From positions 15,125 to 79,124 of the forward strand of contig CAZEGI010000002.1 in the NCBI GenBank assembly GCA_964512105.1: a DNA stretch of 64,000 bases, read 5' to 3'. Position numbers and translations under genes: made by a program. Under the pieces are notes generated by a model that was not told the origin of the DNA, did not search any database, and was given only the letters and a program-made list of their open reading frames with translations. Source of the stretch: an uncultured archaeon. GTDB taxonomy: Archaea > Altiarchaeota > Altiarchaeia > IMC4 > CAZEGI01. This document shows, piece by piece, positions 36,816 through 46,897 of this stretch; position 1 is the stretch's first letter; every line of letters starts with the position of its first letter.

Positions 36816-38227
36816 CCTGTTTTTTGCTCTTCGTGGTATTCCTGCTCCGTATTGACTGTCCAGAGGTCATGCGTTTTTCCAGACAGGTTCTCGACTGCCA
36901 GCAGCGCGGTCAGCATCGAGTGGTCCATGTTGTTGTACCTGTGCATCCCGTTCCTGCCAATAGTTTGCAGATTCTCGAATCCGTTTATGTACGACTTTAT
37001 GGTTTCTATGTTCCTAACGTAATTGTCATCGTAAACCGGATACGCTTTCTCGGTTCTGACAACGACGCCTTCCTCCACATATTTCGATTCCGCAAGGCCG
37101 ACAGTTTCAATCTCATTCCTTGCAAGTTCCACCAGTTCTTCATCCCTGCTGTTCCAAACGTTGTCACCTTCCGAGCAGAAGTACTCCATGCCTATGCACG
37201 TTTTGTTCTTGTCAGGCACCATGTACGGGCTCCAGTTCTTAAAATTCTGTATCCTGCCAACCTCAACGTCCGGCGAGTGTATGTAAATCCAGTTGTCCGG
37301 AAAAATATCCTTCTTATCAATGATCAACGCTACTGTGAGGAAATCCCTATAGGAAAGGGCGTTTGCAGCATCCAGTATTCTTTTCGGTGGTTCCGGTTTG
37401 ATGGAGTTCACCAGCTCGCGCAACGGCATGCTCGAAATAAAATCTGTGCCGTAAACATCAAGCTCTTTTTTGCCATTCTCAACAGTTACGCTCAGGGCAC
37501 GATTTCCCTCAACCCTTATTTTCGTCACGGGGGAGTTCAGCATGACTTTGTTCTGGTTGCTGATGTATTCGCGCATTTTTTCCCACATCATGCCTGGACC
37601 ATGTTTCGGATATTCGAATTCGTCTATCAGCGTCCTTATCGTTTTGCCTTTCGGCTTGTATATCGCGTTCATTACTGCCGAAGTGAGCGAAAGCCCCTTA
37701 ATCCTCTGTGCGGCCCACTCTGCCTTTATCTCCGTGCATGGAATGCCCCAAACCTTTTCCGTGTATGTCTTGAAAAATATCTCATACAGGCGCTTTCCGA
37801 ACCGGTTCGAAATCCACTGTTCGAAGTTGTCCTCCACGGGATACGGAAAAAACCTCGCTTTTACGTAACTTGCAAGAATCCTCGCACTTTCGACCGGGCC
37901 CAAACCCGTGAGCGCGTTCAGCGGTTTTATCGGGTAGTCGAAAAACTTGCGGTTGTAGTAAATCCTCGAAAGACGCGGCCGCTTCATGAAGTCGCTTCCA
38001 AGAACTTCGTGCCACAGCTTGTTCACCTTAGCAACCTTCGTGAAGAACCGGTGCCCCCCAAGGTCGAAGTAATATCCTTTGTGCTGGACGGTTTTTGATA
38101 TTCCGCCTACGAGCTGTCCCTTTTCGATAACCGTGCACCTCACGCCTTCCTTGGTGAGTTTGTACCCCGCGGCCAGCCCGGAAGGGCCCGCCCCGATAAC
38201 CACCACGTTCCTGTTTTTCTGCACCAT
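36812..38227 (-). CDS. FAD-dependent oxidoreductase (UDP-galactopyranose mutase/protoporphyrinogen oxidase-like fold)
   Basis: GAGPSG, DLGGHRFF, YTEKVWG, GRNGMHRYNNMDHS. Confidence 0.88.
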   Translation of the reverse strand: MVQKNRNVVVIGAGPSGLAAGYKLTKEGVRCTVIEKGQLVGGISKTVQHKGYYFDLGGHRFFTKVAKVNKLWHEVLGSDFMKRPRLSRIYYNRKFFDYPIKPLNALTGLGPVESARILASYVKARFFPYPVEDNFEQWISNRFGKRLYEIFFKTYTEKVWGIPCTEIKAEWAAQRIKGLSLTSAVMNAIYKPKGKTIRTLIDEFEYPKHGPGMMWEKMREYISNQNKVMLNSPVTKIRVEGNRALSVTVENGKKELDVYGTDFISSMPLRELVNSIKPEPPKRILDAANALSYRDFLTVALIIDKKDIFPDNWIYIHSPDVEVGRIQNFKNWSPYMVPDKNKTCIGMEYFCSEGDNVWNSRDEELVELARNEIETVGLAESKYVEEGVVVRTEKAYPVYDDNYVRNIETIKSYINGFENLQTIGRNGMHRYNNMDHSMLTALLAVENLSGKTHDLWTVNTEQEYHEEQKTG

Positions 38228-38263
38228 CGTATCTTATTTAGTTATATTCCATCTTAATAACAT

Positions 38264-39658
38264 ATGCCACCGATAAAAATCTGGAAGCGAGAAAAACCAA
38301 AGCCGCTTGATGAAATCGAAACAACCGCGGACATAAAGATTCCGGCGGATCTGCTCGACCAGGTCATCGGCCAGGACAATGCGGTTCACAAGGTCGAGCT
38401 AGCAATCCAGCAAAAAAGAAATCTTCTTCTGGTCGGGCCTCCAGGAATCGGAAAATCCATGCTCGCACAGGCGTTGGCCATGCACCTACCGAAACCGACC
38501 GAAGAGATAAACGTTGTGAACAATCCTGCAAATCCGCAGCGTCCGTTGATTGAAGTGGTGAAACACATAACTCAGGAAAGGATTCTTACACCGCAGGAGA
38601 TTCCAACCTTCGTTGCAGAGCAGCTCGGGTTCAAATGCTCGAAGTGCGCGGCGTTCAGCGATGTTAAGGAACACACATGCCCGACATGCGGCAAGAACAA
38701 GTACGAAAAAATCACCCCAAAGCCGGAGGTAAAAACAACCAAGTTCGGAAGCGACGGCAGGGAGGTCGGCGTTATTTATCAGCGCGTAAAGGACAAGGTC
38801 AAGGTTATTGGTCATGAGCCGGAAAGACCGGTAAAGTTCGGGAGAAAGGACATGATCACGTTAGTGCCTCTGGGCAGGAAGACGTTTATCCATGCAACAG
38901 GCGCATCCGAAACCGAACTTCTGGGTGATGTCAGGCATGACCCGTACGGAAGCCATCCCGAAATCGGGACACCGCCGTACACGCGTGTCGTTGCAGGCGC
39001 AATCCACGAAGCGCATGAAGGCGTTCTTTTTATAGATGAATTACCGCATCTGAAGTTCCTGCAGAATTTCATCCTCACCGCGATGCAGGAAAAAAAATTC
39101 CCCATCGTCGGAAGGAATCCCCAGTCAGCCGGCGCGTCCGTGAAGGTTGACGACGTTCCGTGCGATTTCACTTTCGTGGGCGCATGCAACATAAAGGACG
39201 TGCAGGACATCCTTCCGCCTCTGCGGTCAAGAATCCTTGGAAACGGTTACGAAATCCTGCTGAACACGACCATGCCGGACACGGAAGAAAACGAAGCATA
39301 TCTGACACAGTTCGTTGCCCAAGAAATCGTAAAGGACAAGCGGATTCCGCACGCAACAAAAGATGCGGTTGAAGAACTCCTTGAGGAAGCCAGAAAGCGC
39401 GCATCCGTTCTTGACGACGCCCGGAATTCCCTTACGCTGAGGCTGAGGGACCTCGGAGGAGTCGTGCGCATGGCCGGCGACCTCGCGACAACTGAAAACG
39501 CGAAGTTCATCGAGAAAAAACACATAAAGGAAGCAATCGAGGAAGCGAAACCCATCGAGTTCCAGCTGCAGGAGCGATACGGTTCCGTGTGGAAGGGCAT
39601 CGAGAAGGACGAAATCATAAGCCCGGAATACGGAAAGATGGGCAGGAGTTATGCATAA
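38264..39658 (+). CDS. LonB-related AAA+ ATPase lacking the protease domain
   Basis: DQVIGQ, GPPGIGKS, LLGDVRHDPY, AHEGVLFIDE; internal CxxC..CxxC; no Ser-Lys protease domain. Confidence 0.88.
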   Translation: MPPIKIWKREKPKPLDEIETTADIKIPADLLDQVIGQDNAVHKVELAIQQKRNLLLVGPPGIGKSMLAQALAMHLPKPTEEINVVNNPANPQRPLIEVVKHITQERILTPQEIPTFVAEQLGFKCSKCAAFSDVKEHTCPTCGKNKYEKITPKPEVKTTKFGSDGREVGVIYQRVKDKVKVIGHEPERPVKFGRKDMITLVPLGRKTFIHATGASETELLGDVRHDPYGSHPEIGTPPYTRVVAGAIHEAHEGVLFIDELPHLKFLQNFILTAMQEKKFPIVGRNPQSAGASVKVDDVPCDFTFVGACNIKDVQDILPPLRSRILGNGYEILLNTTMPDTEENEAYLTQFVAQEIVKDKRIPHATKDAVEELLEEARKRASVLDDARNSLTLRLRDLGGVVRMAGDLATTENAKFIEKKHIKEAIEEAKPIEFQLQERYGSVWKGIEKDEIISPEYGKMGRSYA

Positions 39659-40374
39659 ACCTGTTCAAAAATTTTTTTATAGCTCTGAGGGTTATTCAAA
39701 AAATCCAGTTTTTCTAGATTGCCGACAAGTCCATACATGTTTTTATTCTTCAAAAGTCCGAACTCCGGAACTTCAGCAGGTTTGATTTTTCTCAATTCCG
39801 GAATTTTTTTATAAGCCGTATTCTTCACAAATTTTCCATTCGTCAATTCAAAGTAAGCCCCACCGTGCATTTTTTCTATGGGTTCGTAAACCGATTCAAA
39901 CGCATCGGAAATCCAGTTCGCCATTTTTAGCGTTTCGTTTGACGGGTTTATCGTGATGTGCCCGTAGTCCGGCGGAATCAGAACCTTGTCGCGTTTTTTC
40001 GCATCTATCAAAACCACGTCCAAAACCCTATTACCTTCGACCTTTTGCAACAGATAATGCGCTCTGCCATCCAAAACCTCATAGACTTCCGGATAACTCA
40101 GTTTCGTTCCGGGAACAAGCGGGTGATAGTGCCCTGCGGTCTTTACGAATTCTTTTCCTAAATTGAGTGGAGGAATCACCGTGATGTCATACCTGAGGTT
40201 TTTTTCTTTCATTGCGTTTCTGTCGTTGTCGGTGAGGGCAAGGTCGCGGTACATGTAGTACAACTCAATGTTCGAGGTTTTTTTCAGCCATTCCCTATCG
40301 TAGATAACTTCACGCATCCCGCTAAGTTTCCGCACGTTTGGTTTAATCGCTCTCAAATCAAACAAATCCCTCAT
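39649..40374 (-). CDS. Cupin-type (archaeal) glucose-6-phosphate isomerase
   Basis: LYYMYRD, RYDITVI, KTAGHYH, YPEVYEV, GHITIN. Confidence 0.9.
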   Translation of the reverse strand: MRDLFDLRAIKPNVRKLSGMREVIYDREWLKKTSNIELYYMYRDLALTDNDRNAMKEKNLRYDITVIPPLNLGKEFVKTAGHYHPLVPGTKLSYPEVYEVLDGRAHYLLQKVEGNRVLDVVLIDAKKRDKVLIPPDYGHITINPSNETLKMANWISDAFESVYEPIEKMHGGAYFELTNGKFVKNTAYKKIPELRKIKPAEVPEFGLLKNKNMYGLVGNLEKLDFLNNPQSYKKIFEQVYA

Positions 40375-40421
40375 GAATCAATATTTTTAATCAGGATAAA
40401 TAAAAGGATAACGAAAACAAA

Positions 40422-40931
40422 ATGGTGACCTATGCGGATTTACAGACCATAGCCCGGAACGAGAAAAACTTCCCTACGCTTCAGCACGTTGGTAAGGACT
40501 TCTATACAGACGCGTCAAAATTGCTGACCGAGGTTGAGGAAAAATACCGCGAGCACGTTGCAAAACTTATTGATGACATCTACGAGCGCAGGCAGAACAA
40601 GATTGTGCTTCATGCGCTGAGAACCAAGGACACGGACGCGCCCCCCGCGAACATAACTTCCGTTGAAAAAAAATTCTACATCCTGCTCATTGAAATCCTG
40701 AAAAAATCCCGGGACGATGTTTTCGAAAAGACGGAGGAGCAGAAACCGGCGGAGAAGGTTGAAGAATCTATCCCCGATGGATACGAAAAAGTGAGGGTGC
40801 TGCACGAACTTCCCGCGATAATCGGTGTTGATTCAAAGCACTACGGACCTTTCAAGGAGGGCGATGTTGTTTTGCTACTTGAAGTAAACGCAAAGATACT
40901 CGTCGAGAAGGGCATGGCCGAAGAAATTTGA
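40422..40931 (+). CDS. GINS subunit (Gins51/Gins15-like)
   Basis: ERRQNKI; C-terminal B domain LPAIIGVD..YGPF..GD; located upstream of rpl44e. Confidence 0.8.
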   Translation: MVTYADLQTIARNEKNFPTLQHVGKDFYTDASKLLTEVEEKYREHVAKLIDDIYERRQNKIVLHALRTKDTDAPPANITSVEKKFYILLIEILKKSRDDVFEKTEEQKPAEKVEESIPDGYEKVRVLHELPAIIGVDSKHYGPFKEGDVVLLLEVNAKILVEKGMAEEI

Positions 40932-40962
40932 TTTTTATTGCTTAAAGCTCATACATAAAACC

Positions 40963-41247
40963 ATGAAACTTCCGGAAGTCATGAGGACGTACTGTCCGCA
41001 CTGCAACAAGCACACGGAGCACGACCTCAGGTTGGGGAAGAAGGGGAAGGAGCGCACCATGACTATGGGCCGGAGAAAGTACATCGAGGTCAAGAAGGGT
41101 TACGGCGGCTCCCCGAGAACACCGAAGAAGGAAGTTTACAAGATAGGCAAGCGGCCCCTTATAATACTCACGTGCAAGGAGTGCAAGAAAAAACATCAGC
41201 GCGTTTACAGCGCGAGGACTAAAAAAACCGTTGAAATCAAGAGCTAA
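40963..41247 (+). CDS. rpl44e: Ribosomal protein L44e
   Basis: [25 protein letters not shown]. Confidence 0.96.
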   Translation: MKLPEVMRTYCPHCNKHTEHDLRLGKKGKERTMTMGRRKYIEVKKGYGGSPRTPKKEVYKIGKRPLIILTCKECKKKHQRVYSARTKKTVEIKS

Positions 41248-41248
41248 A

Positions 41249-41437
41249 ATGAAAAAGGAAACAAGGAGCAGATTCCTAAGAGTAAAGTGCAACGACTGCG
41301 GGAACGAACAGGTAATCTTCGGCTGTGCCGCGACCAATATCAAGTGCCTGGTGTGTAACAAACTTCTGGCAGAGCCGACAGGCGGCAAGGTTTCCGTAAA
41401 AACCAAGATTCTCGACGTTCTTGACACCGACATCTAA
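41249..41437 (+). CDS. rps27e: Ribosomal protein S27e
   Basis: [15 protein letters not shown]...CLVC...PTGGK. Confidence 0.96.
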   Translation: MKKETRSRFLRVKCNDCGNEQVIFGCAATNIKCLVCNKLLAEPTGGKVSVKTKILDVLDTDI

Positions 41438-41439
41438 AA

Positions 41440-41871
41440 GTGAAAAAAGGCCTCGGTTTCGAATACCTCGAACACACAGCTGACCTGAAATTCGTTGCGA
41501 GGGGTAAAACGCTTGAGGAATGTTTCGAGAATTCCGCGTATGCGGTTTTCAGCGCGATTCTTAACCTGGATACTGTCGGTACGGAGCTGAAGACTCACGT
41601 AAAACTTGAAGCAAAGAATCTGGAAAATCTGCTCCACGATTTTTTAAGTGAATTACTGTTCCGGTTCTACACCAAAAAATTCATCCCCAAAAAATTCAAG
41701 ATAAAAATCAAGAAGCAGGGCGGCCTGTACCTGTTAAATTCCGAAATCCTCGGCGAAACCGTAAAAAAGAAACACAAACCCGAGCTCGAGGTTAAAGCCG
41801 TAACCTATCATGAGTTTTTTGTTGAAAAACGAAACGGTTTCTGGATTGCGCAGGTAGTTTGCGATACCTGA
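41440..41871 (+). CDS. Archease
   Basis: EHTAD, EVKAVTYH, C-terminal D. Confidence 0.93.
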   Translation: MKKGLGFEYLEHTADLKFVARGKTLEECFENSAYAVFSAILNLDTVGTELKTHVKLEAKNLENLLHDFLSELLFRFYTKKFIPKKFKIKIKKQGGLYLLNSEILGETVKKKHKPELEVKAVTYHEFFVEKRNGFWIAQVVCDT

Positions 41872-41932
41872 AAAACGGGCAATTATTTTTATAGTCCCAG
41901 GTGAAATATCTAAACTTATTCTTGGTGCCAAG

Positions 41933-43917
41933 ATGGAAAAAAAGACCATTCACTCTCTCATGGATGAGCGGCGCAAATTCACGCCGAAGGACTACGTTTT
42001 TAAGCACTCTGAACTGAAAAGCCCGAAAGACTACGACAGAATCTACGAGAAATCCGTAAAAGACCCGGAGGGTTTCTGGGCAAAGCAGGCAGAGCAGCTG
42101 CACTGGTTCAGTAAGTGGGACGAGGTTTATTCGTTTGACGAGAAAATTCGTTTGACGAGAAAACAGCAGGGTGCAACTGGTTTAAAGGCGGCAAGATTAA
42201 CGTTTCGTACAACTGTCTGGACCGACACCTTACAACCTGGAGGAAAAACAAGGCAGCGATAATATGGGAAGGCGAACCCTACGGAGATTCAAAAACTTAC
42301 ACGTATCAGGAATTGCATCATGAGGTGTGCAGGTTCGCAAACGTTCTAAAGAAAAAAGGAATAAAGAAAGGAGACAGGATTTGCATTTACCTACCGATGA
42401 TTCCAGAACTGCCAATCGCGATGCTCGCATGCACGAGAATCGGTGCCATACACTCCGTTGTTTTTGGCGGCTTCAGTGCCGAGGCGCTCGGTGACAGAAT
42501 CATTGACTCCGGCTCATGCATGCTCATAACATCCGACGGAAGCATAAGGAAAGGTAAAGCCATCCACCTAAAACAAAATGCGGATGAGGCGTTGAAGAGA
42601 TGCCCCACCATCAAACACGTCATTGTCGTAAGACGGGCGCACACACCTGATGTGCACATAAAGGAAGGCCGAGACACGTGGTGGCATGAGGAAATCAACG
42701 CGGAAGACATCAAGAACTACTGCGAGCCCGAACATATGGATGCCGAAGATCCTTTATTCATTCTCTACACAAGCGGAACCACAGGGAAACCAAAGGGCGT
42801 TATGCACACGACCGGTGGTTACCTGCTGTTCGTTTACCAAACGTTCAAATGGATTTTCGACCCGCGTGATGAAGACACCTACTGGTGCACCGCTGACATC
42901 GGCTGGATCACCGGCCACAGCTACATCGTTTACGGTCCGCTTGCGGCAGGTGCAACGAGCCTTATGTACGAAGGTGTTCCGAATCACCCGAAACCGGACC
43001 GCTTCTGGGAGATTGTTGAGAAATATAAGGTTGACATATTCTACACCGCACCGACAGCCATACGTGCAATCGCAAAGGACGGCGACCACTGGCCGAAGGG
43101 TAGGGATTTAACAAGTTTGCGTTTGCTTGGAACTGTTGGCGAGCCGATAAACCCCGAGGCATGGATGTGGTACTACAACGTTATCGGGGACAATAAATGT
43201 CCGATCGTTGACACGTGGTGGCAGACTGAAACCGGAGGAATTTTAATAACGCCATTACCCGGCATAATGACCATAAAACCCGGCTCCGCAAGCAAGCCGT
43301 TCCCGGGCGTTGTTCCGAAAGTTCTACGTGAGGATGGAAAGCCGGCAGCCGTCAACGAGGGCGGTTACCTTGTTATAGAAAAACCATGGCCTGGAATGAT
43401 GCGCGGCGTTTACGGTGAGCCCATGAGGTTCAAAGAAACATATTTCACAAGATTTCCGCCGTATTATTCTACAGGGGATGGTGCCCGTGTTGATGAAGAC
43501 GGCGATTTCTGGCTTATGGGCCGCATAGATGACGTTGTCAACGTTTCTGGTCACAGAATCGGGACCGCTGAAGTGGAATCCGCTCTTGTCAGCCACAAGA
43601 AAGTCGCGGAATCAGCGATAGTGCCGTTTCCACATGAGATAAAGGGAAGCGGTTTGTATGCGTTCGTGATAGTGAAGGAAGGCGTGCACAAATCCGACGA
43701 GCTCAAGAAGGAACTCATAGACCAAGTAACCAAGGAGATCGGACCGATAGCACGACCCGATAAAATACAGTTCGTGGATGCCTTGCCGAAAACCCGAAGC
43801 GGAAAAATCATGCGACGAATCCTGAAGGCCGTGGCCGAGGGCAAGGAGGATGTCGGAGATACGACAACGCTGGCAGAGCCGTCGGTTGTTGATGCGATTG
43901 TAAAGGAAAGACTGTAA
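41933..43917 (+). pseudogene. acs: Acetyl-CoA synthetase (AMP-forming), frameshifted by a 17-nt tandem duplication
   Basis: Split ORFs; [25 protein letters not shown]; removing one repeat copy restores a continuous frame. Confidence 0.9.
42130..42163 (+). repeat. Perfect tandem repeat, 2 x TTCGTTTGACGAGAAAA
   Basis: Read directly from the sequence. Confidence 0.97.
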
Positions 43918-43918
43918 A

Positions 43919-45112
43919 ATGAATCGCTGGTCTGTGGTGATTGGTGCGTTAATAGTGCAGTTGTGCTTAGGCGCGATTTATTCATGGAGCGTTTTTGTAA
44001 ATCCACTCATGAACGCATACCAATTCACGACCACGCAGACACAGGTGATTTTCTCCGCAGCGCTTGCGACCTTCGCTCTTGTGATGATTCTCGCGGGAAG
44101 ATGGCAGGATAAAAAAGGACCGCGCATTGTCGCAACCGTTGGCGGAATCGTTCTCGGACTTGGATACATACTTGCGAGTTTTACGGGTGGTTCGTTTGTC
44201 GGGTTGTGTTTGACCATAGGGTTAATCGGCGGCGCAGGCATCGGTCTTGGTTATGTGTGCCCGATAGCCGCATGCGTAAAATGGTTCCCTGACAAACGCG
44301 GTTTAGTAACCGGATTAGCAGTTGCGGGCTTTGGTGCGGGTGCATGGGTATTCGGAAAACTCGGCTCATCATTCACGGAAACATACGGCGTTCTTCAGGC
44401 ATTCATGTATCTTGGGATAACATTCCTGGTTGCGGTCGTTTTCGGAGCACAGCTTTTGAAAAATCCACCAGCCGGCTGGAAACCCGAGGGATGGGTTCCG
44501 CCGCAGGTTGCCAGCAAATCCAAGGAAGACTTCGAATGGAAGGAAATGCTGAAAACAAGACAGTTCTGGCTTCTCTGGCTGATGTTCATATTCGGAGCAT
44601 CTGCGGGTTTGATGGTCATCGGAATTCTAAAACCCTTCGGGATTCATTCCGGACTGACAGCAGCCGCAGCCGGGAATGCAGTCGGAATTCTTGCGCTTTT
44701 CAATGGAGCCGGAAGAATCACATGGGGCGTGGCATCAGACAAACTCGGAAGGACAAGGGCAATGCTCCTGATGTTCATTCTCCAGGGCGTCATGATGCTC
44801 GCGCTGATGCAGATGGGCTCGCAGGAATGGACATTAACAATCGCAGCCGCATGGGTCGGCTTCAACTTCGGAGGAAACTTCGCGCTGTTCCCGTCTGCAA
44901 CCGCAGATTACTTCGGCACTAAAAACGTCGGGATAAACTACGGCTTCGTTTTCACCGCATACGGGGTTGCAGGAATTATTGGGCCAATACTTGGAGGCCA
45001 GGTTTTCGACCTCACCGGAAGCTACCTGTGGGCATTCATTCCATCCGGGATTTTGTGCATACTGGCAGCAATACTATCCATGTTCACGAAATCCCCACAC
45101 CAATCAAAGTAA
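43919..45112 (+). CDS. OFA-family MFS transporter (oxalate/formate antiporter-like)
   Basis: GAIYSWSVF, KWFPDKRG, DYFGTKNVGINYG. Confidence 0.9.
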   Translation: MNRWSVVIGALIVQLCLGAIYSWSVFVNPLMNAYQFTTTQTQVIFSAALATFALVMILAGRWQDKKGPRIVATVGGIVLGLGYILASFTGGSFVGLCLTIGLIGGAGIGLGYVCPIAACVKWFPDKRGLVTGLAVAGFGAGAWVFGKLGSSFTETYGVLQAFMYLGITFLVAVVFGAQLLKNPPAGWKPEGWVPPQVASKSKEDFEWKEMLKTRQFWLLWLMFIFGASAGLMVIGILKPFGIHSGLTAAAAGNAVGILALFNGAGRITWGVASDKLGRTRAMLLMFILQGVMMLALMQMGSQEWTLTIAAAWVGFNFGGNFALFPSATADYFGTKNVGINYGFVFTAYGVAGIIGPILGGQVFDLTGSYLWAFIPSGILCILAAILSMFTKSPHQSK

Positions 45113-45113
45113 T

Positions 45114-45617
45114 ATGGCAGAATTCCTGGGCGTTGTTGACGATGATGACAACGTTATCGGTAAAGCCACGCGTGATGAGTGTCATGCAAAAAAACTCATC
45201 CACCGCAGCGTGATTTTCTTCGTCTTCGACAAACAAAACAGAGTCCATGTGAACAAGCGCAGCGACAAAAAAGAGTTCTTCAGGGGATATTGGAGCATCG
45301 CCTTTGGCGGGCACATCCCCGCAGGCGAAGGTTATGACGAAGCCGTAAAGCGTGAGGTTGTGGAGGAAACCGGTTTAGTTGCAAAACCATTCTTCATAGC
45401 ATCTTTTGATAAAAGAATCCCTGAGGAAAAAGAAAATATCCGCGTTTACGGCGTGATTGCAGACAAACCGATAAAACTCCCGAAGGACGAAATCGTTTAC
45501 GGGGAGTTTATGGATTTTAAGGAATTAACAAAAGAACTCAAAAAGGAAAAGTTCGTCCCGGAAACGGAAGAACTTTACAAAATCCTAAAAAATTTTCTGA
45601 AGAACAAGAAAAAATAA
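45114..45617 (+). CDS. NUDIX hydrolase (IPP-isomerase/YfcD-like)
   Basis: GGHIPAGEGYDEAVKREVVEETG; start MAEFLG. Confidence 0.88.
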   Translation: MAEFLGVVDDDDNVIGKATRDECHAKKLIHRSVIFFVFDKQNRVHVNKRSDKKEFFRGYWSIAFGGHIPAGEGYDEAVKREVVEETGLVAKPFFIASFDKRIPEEKENIRVYGVIADKPIKLPKDEIVYGEFMDFKELTKELKKEKFVPETEELYKILKNFLKNKKK

Positions 45618-45618
45618 T

Positions 45619-46896
45619 TCACTTTCGTGCTTTTCCAATCCATTCCCTACCTTCCCCGACAAGCTCATCCAGCGCGTTTCTGTCAACGCCCTCCGCTGTG
45701 ATTCTGACATACGGTTCTGTTCCGCTCGGGCGTATGAGAATCCATCCCTCATCCGTTGAAATTCGTATACCGTCGGTATCATCGTAATCTTCCTTGATAA
45801 TCTTCTTCAAATTATCCATAATAATCCCCTTTTCATCCTCCCCGCATGGAATCTTCACGCGCTCCATCGGGTAGCTTTTTATCTCCTCAAGCCTTTCGTA
45901 AAAAAATCCGTCAGCAACCATGCTCACGGTTTTTGCAACCGTTGCTATCCCATCCGGAAATATGTGGATGTCCGGGAATATGTACGCCCCGGAAGGTTCG
46001 CCGCCGAAGTCCGCGTTATTTTTTCTTATTCCTTCCGCGACAAAAACGTCCCCAACCTTCGTTCTGATAACCTCGTTGCACACGTCCTCAATCCGCATGG
46101 ATGCGTCAACCGTCGTCACAACCCTGTCAAGGTCGTATGCAAGAACCGAGAGGAACGAATCCCACTCGATGAGTTTTCCGTCTTTTCCAATCGCTGCTGT
46201 TCTATCCGCATCGCCGTCGTGCGCGAATGCGATGTCAACCTTTTTTTTCTTCACGAGTTTGCACGTTTCCGCAAGGTTTTCTGCAGTCGGTTCCAGTTCA
46301 TGCGGAAAATTTCCGTCCTGGTTCGTGTTTATCGCTATCACGTCGCAGCCCATTTTTTCCAAGAGTTTTGGCGTGATGACGGAACCTGCACCACCGGCGC
46401 AGTCCACGAGAACTCTCACATCGTTGACTGTTCCTATTTTTTTTAGAATAAGGTTGATGTGTTTTTCAACGTAGTTGCGCTTCTCAACAACCCCGCACCG
46501 TTTTCCCTTTTTGAATTTTTTCGAGAAGAAGATTTTTTCGACTGCGTTTTCCTGCTCCGGGTTGTATGCCCCGCTCGTGTTCCAGAACTTGAAGCCATTG
46601 TATTCCGGCGGGTTGTGCGATGCCGTAACCATAACCCCGGTTCCGTGCTCCGCGGTTGCGACTCCAACGGTAGGCGTCGGTACCAAGCATATGTCGATCA
46701 CGTTTTTTCCCGATGAAATCAATCCCGAAATGAACGCGCTCTCAAGCAACGGTCCGGATTTGCGGGTGTCGCGTCCTATGACGATTTTTTCGTCGGGTGT
46801 ATAGGTAGCCAGCGCCCTTGCCAGAGCGATCACAAATTCCGGAGGAAGTTCGGAAACACGTCTCCTGACACCGGAAGTCCCGAAAAGTTTTCCCAT
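45619..46896 (-). CDS. Phosphoglucosamine mutase / phosphomannomutase
   Basis: LFGTSGVR, TASHNP, DGDADR, GGEPSG, RPSGTEP. Confidence 0.93.
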   Translation of the reverse strand: MGKLFGTSGVRRRVSELPPEFVIALARALATYTPDEKIVIGRDTRKSGPLLESAFISGLISSGKNVIDICLVPTPTVGVATAEHGTGVMVTASHNPPEYNGFKFWNTSGAYNPEQENAVEKIFFSKKFKKGKRCGVVEKRNYVEKHINLILKKIGTVNDVRVLVDCAGGAGSVITPKLLEKMGCDVIAINTNQDGNFPHELEPTAENLAETCKLVKKKKVDIAFAHDGDADRTAAIGKDGKLIEWDSFLSVLAYDLDRVVTTVDASMRIEDVCNEVIRTKVGDVFVAEGIRKNNADFGGEPSGAYIFPDIHIFPDGIATVAKTVSMVADGFFYERLEEIKSYPMERVKIPCGEDEKGIIMDNLKKIIKEDYDDTDGIRISTDEGWILIRPSGTEPYVRITAEGVDRNALDELVGEGREWIGKARK

Positions 46897-46897
46897 T

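Noticed and set aside
36824..38098. 424-aa plus-strand ORF
   Set aside because: Antisense shadow of the FAD oxidoreductase with no recognisable motifs
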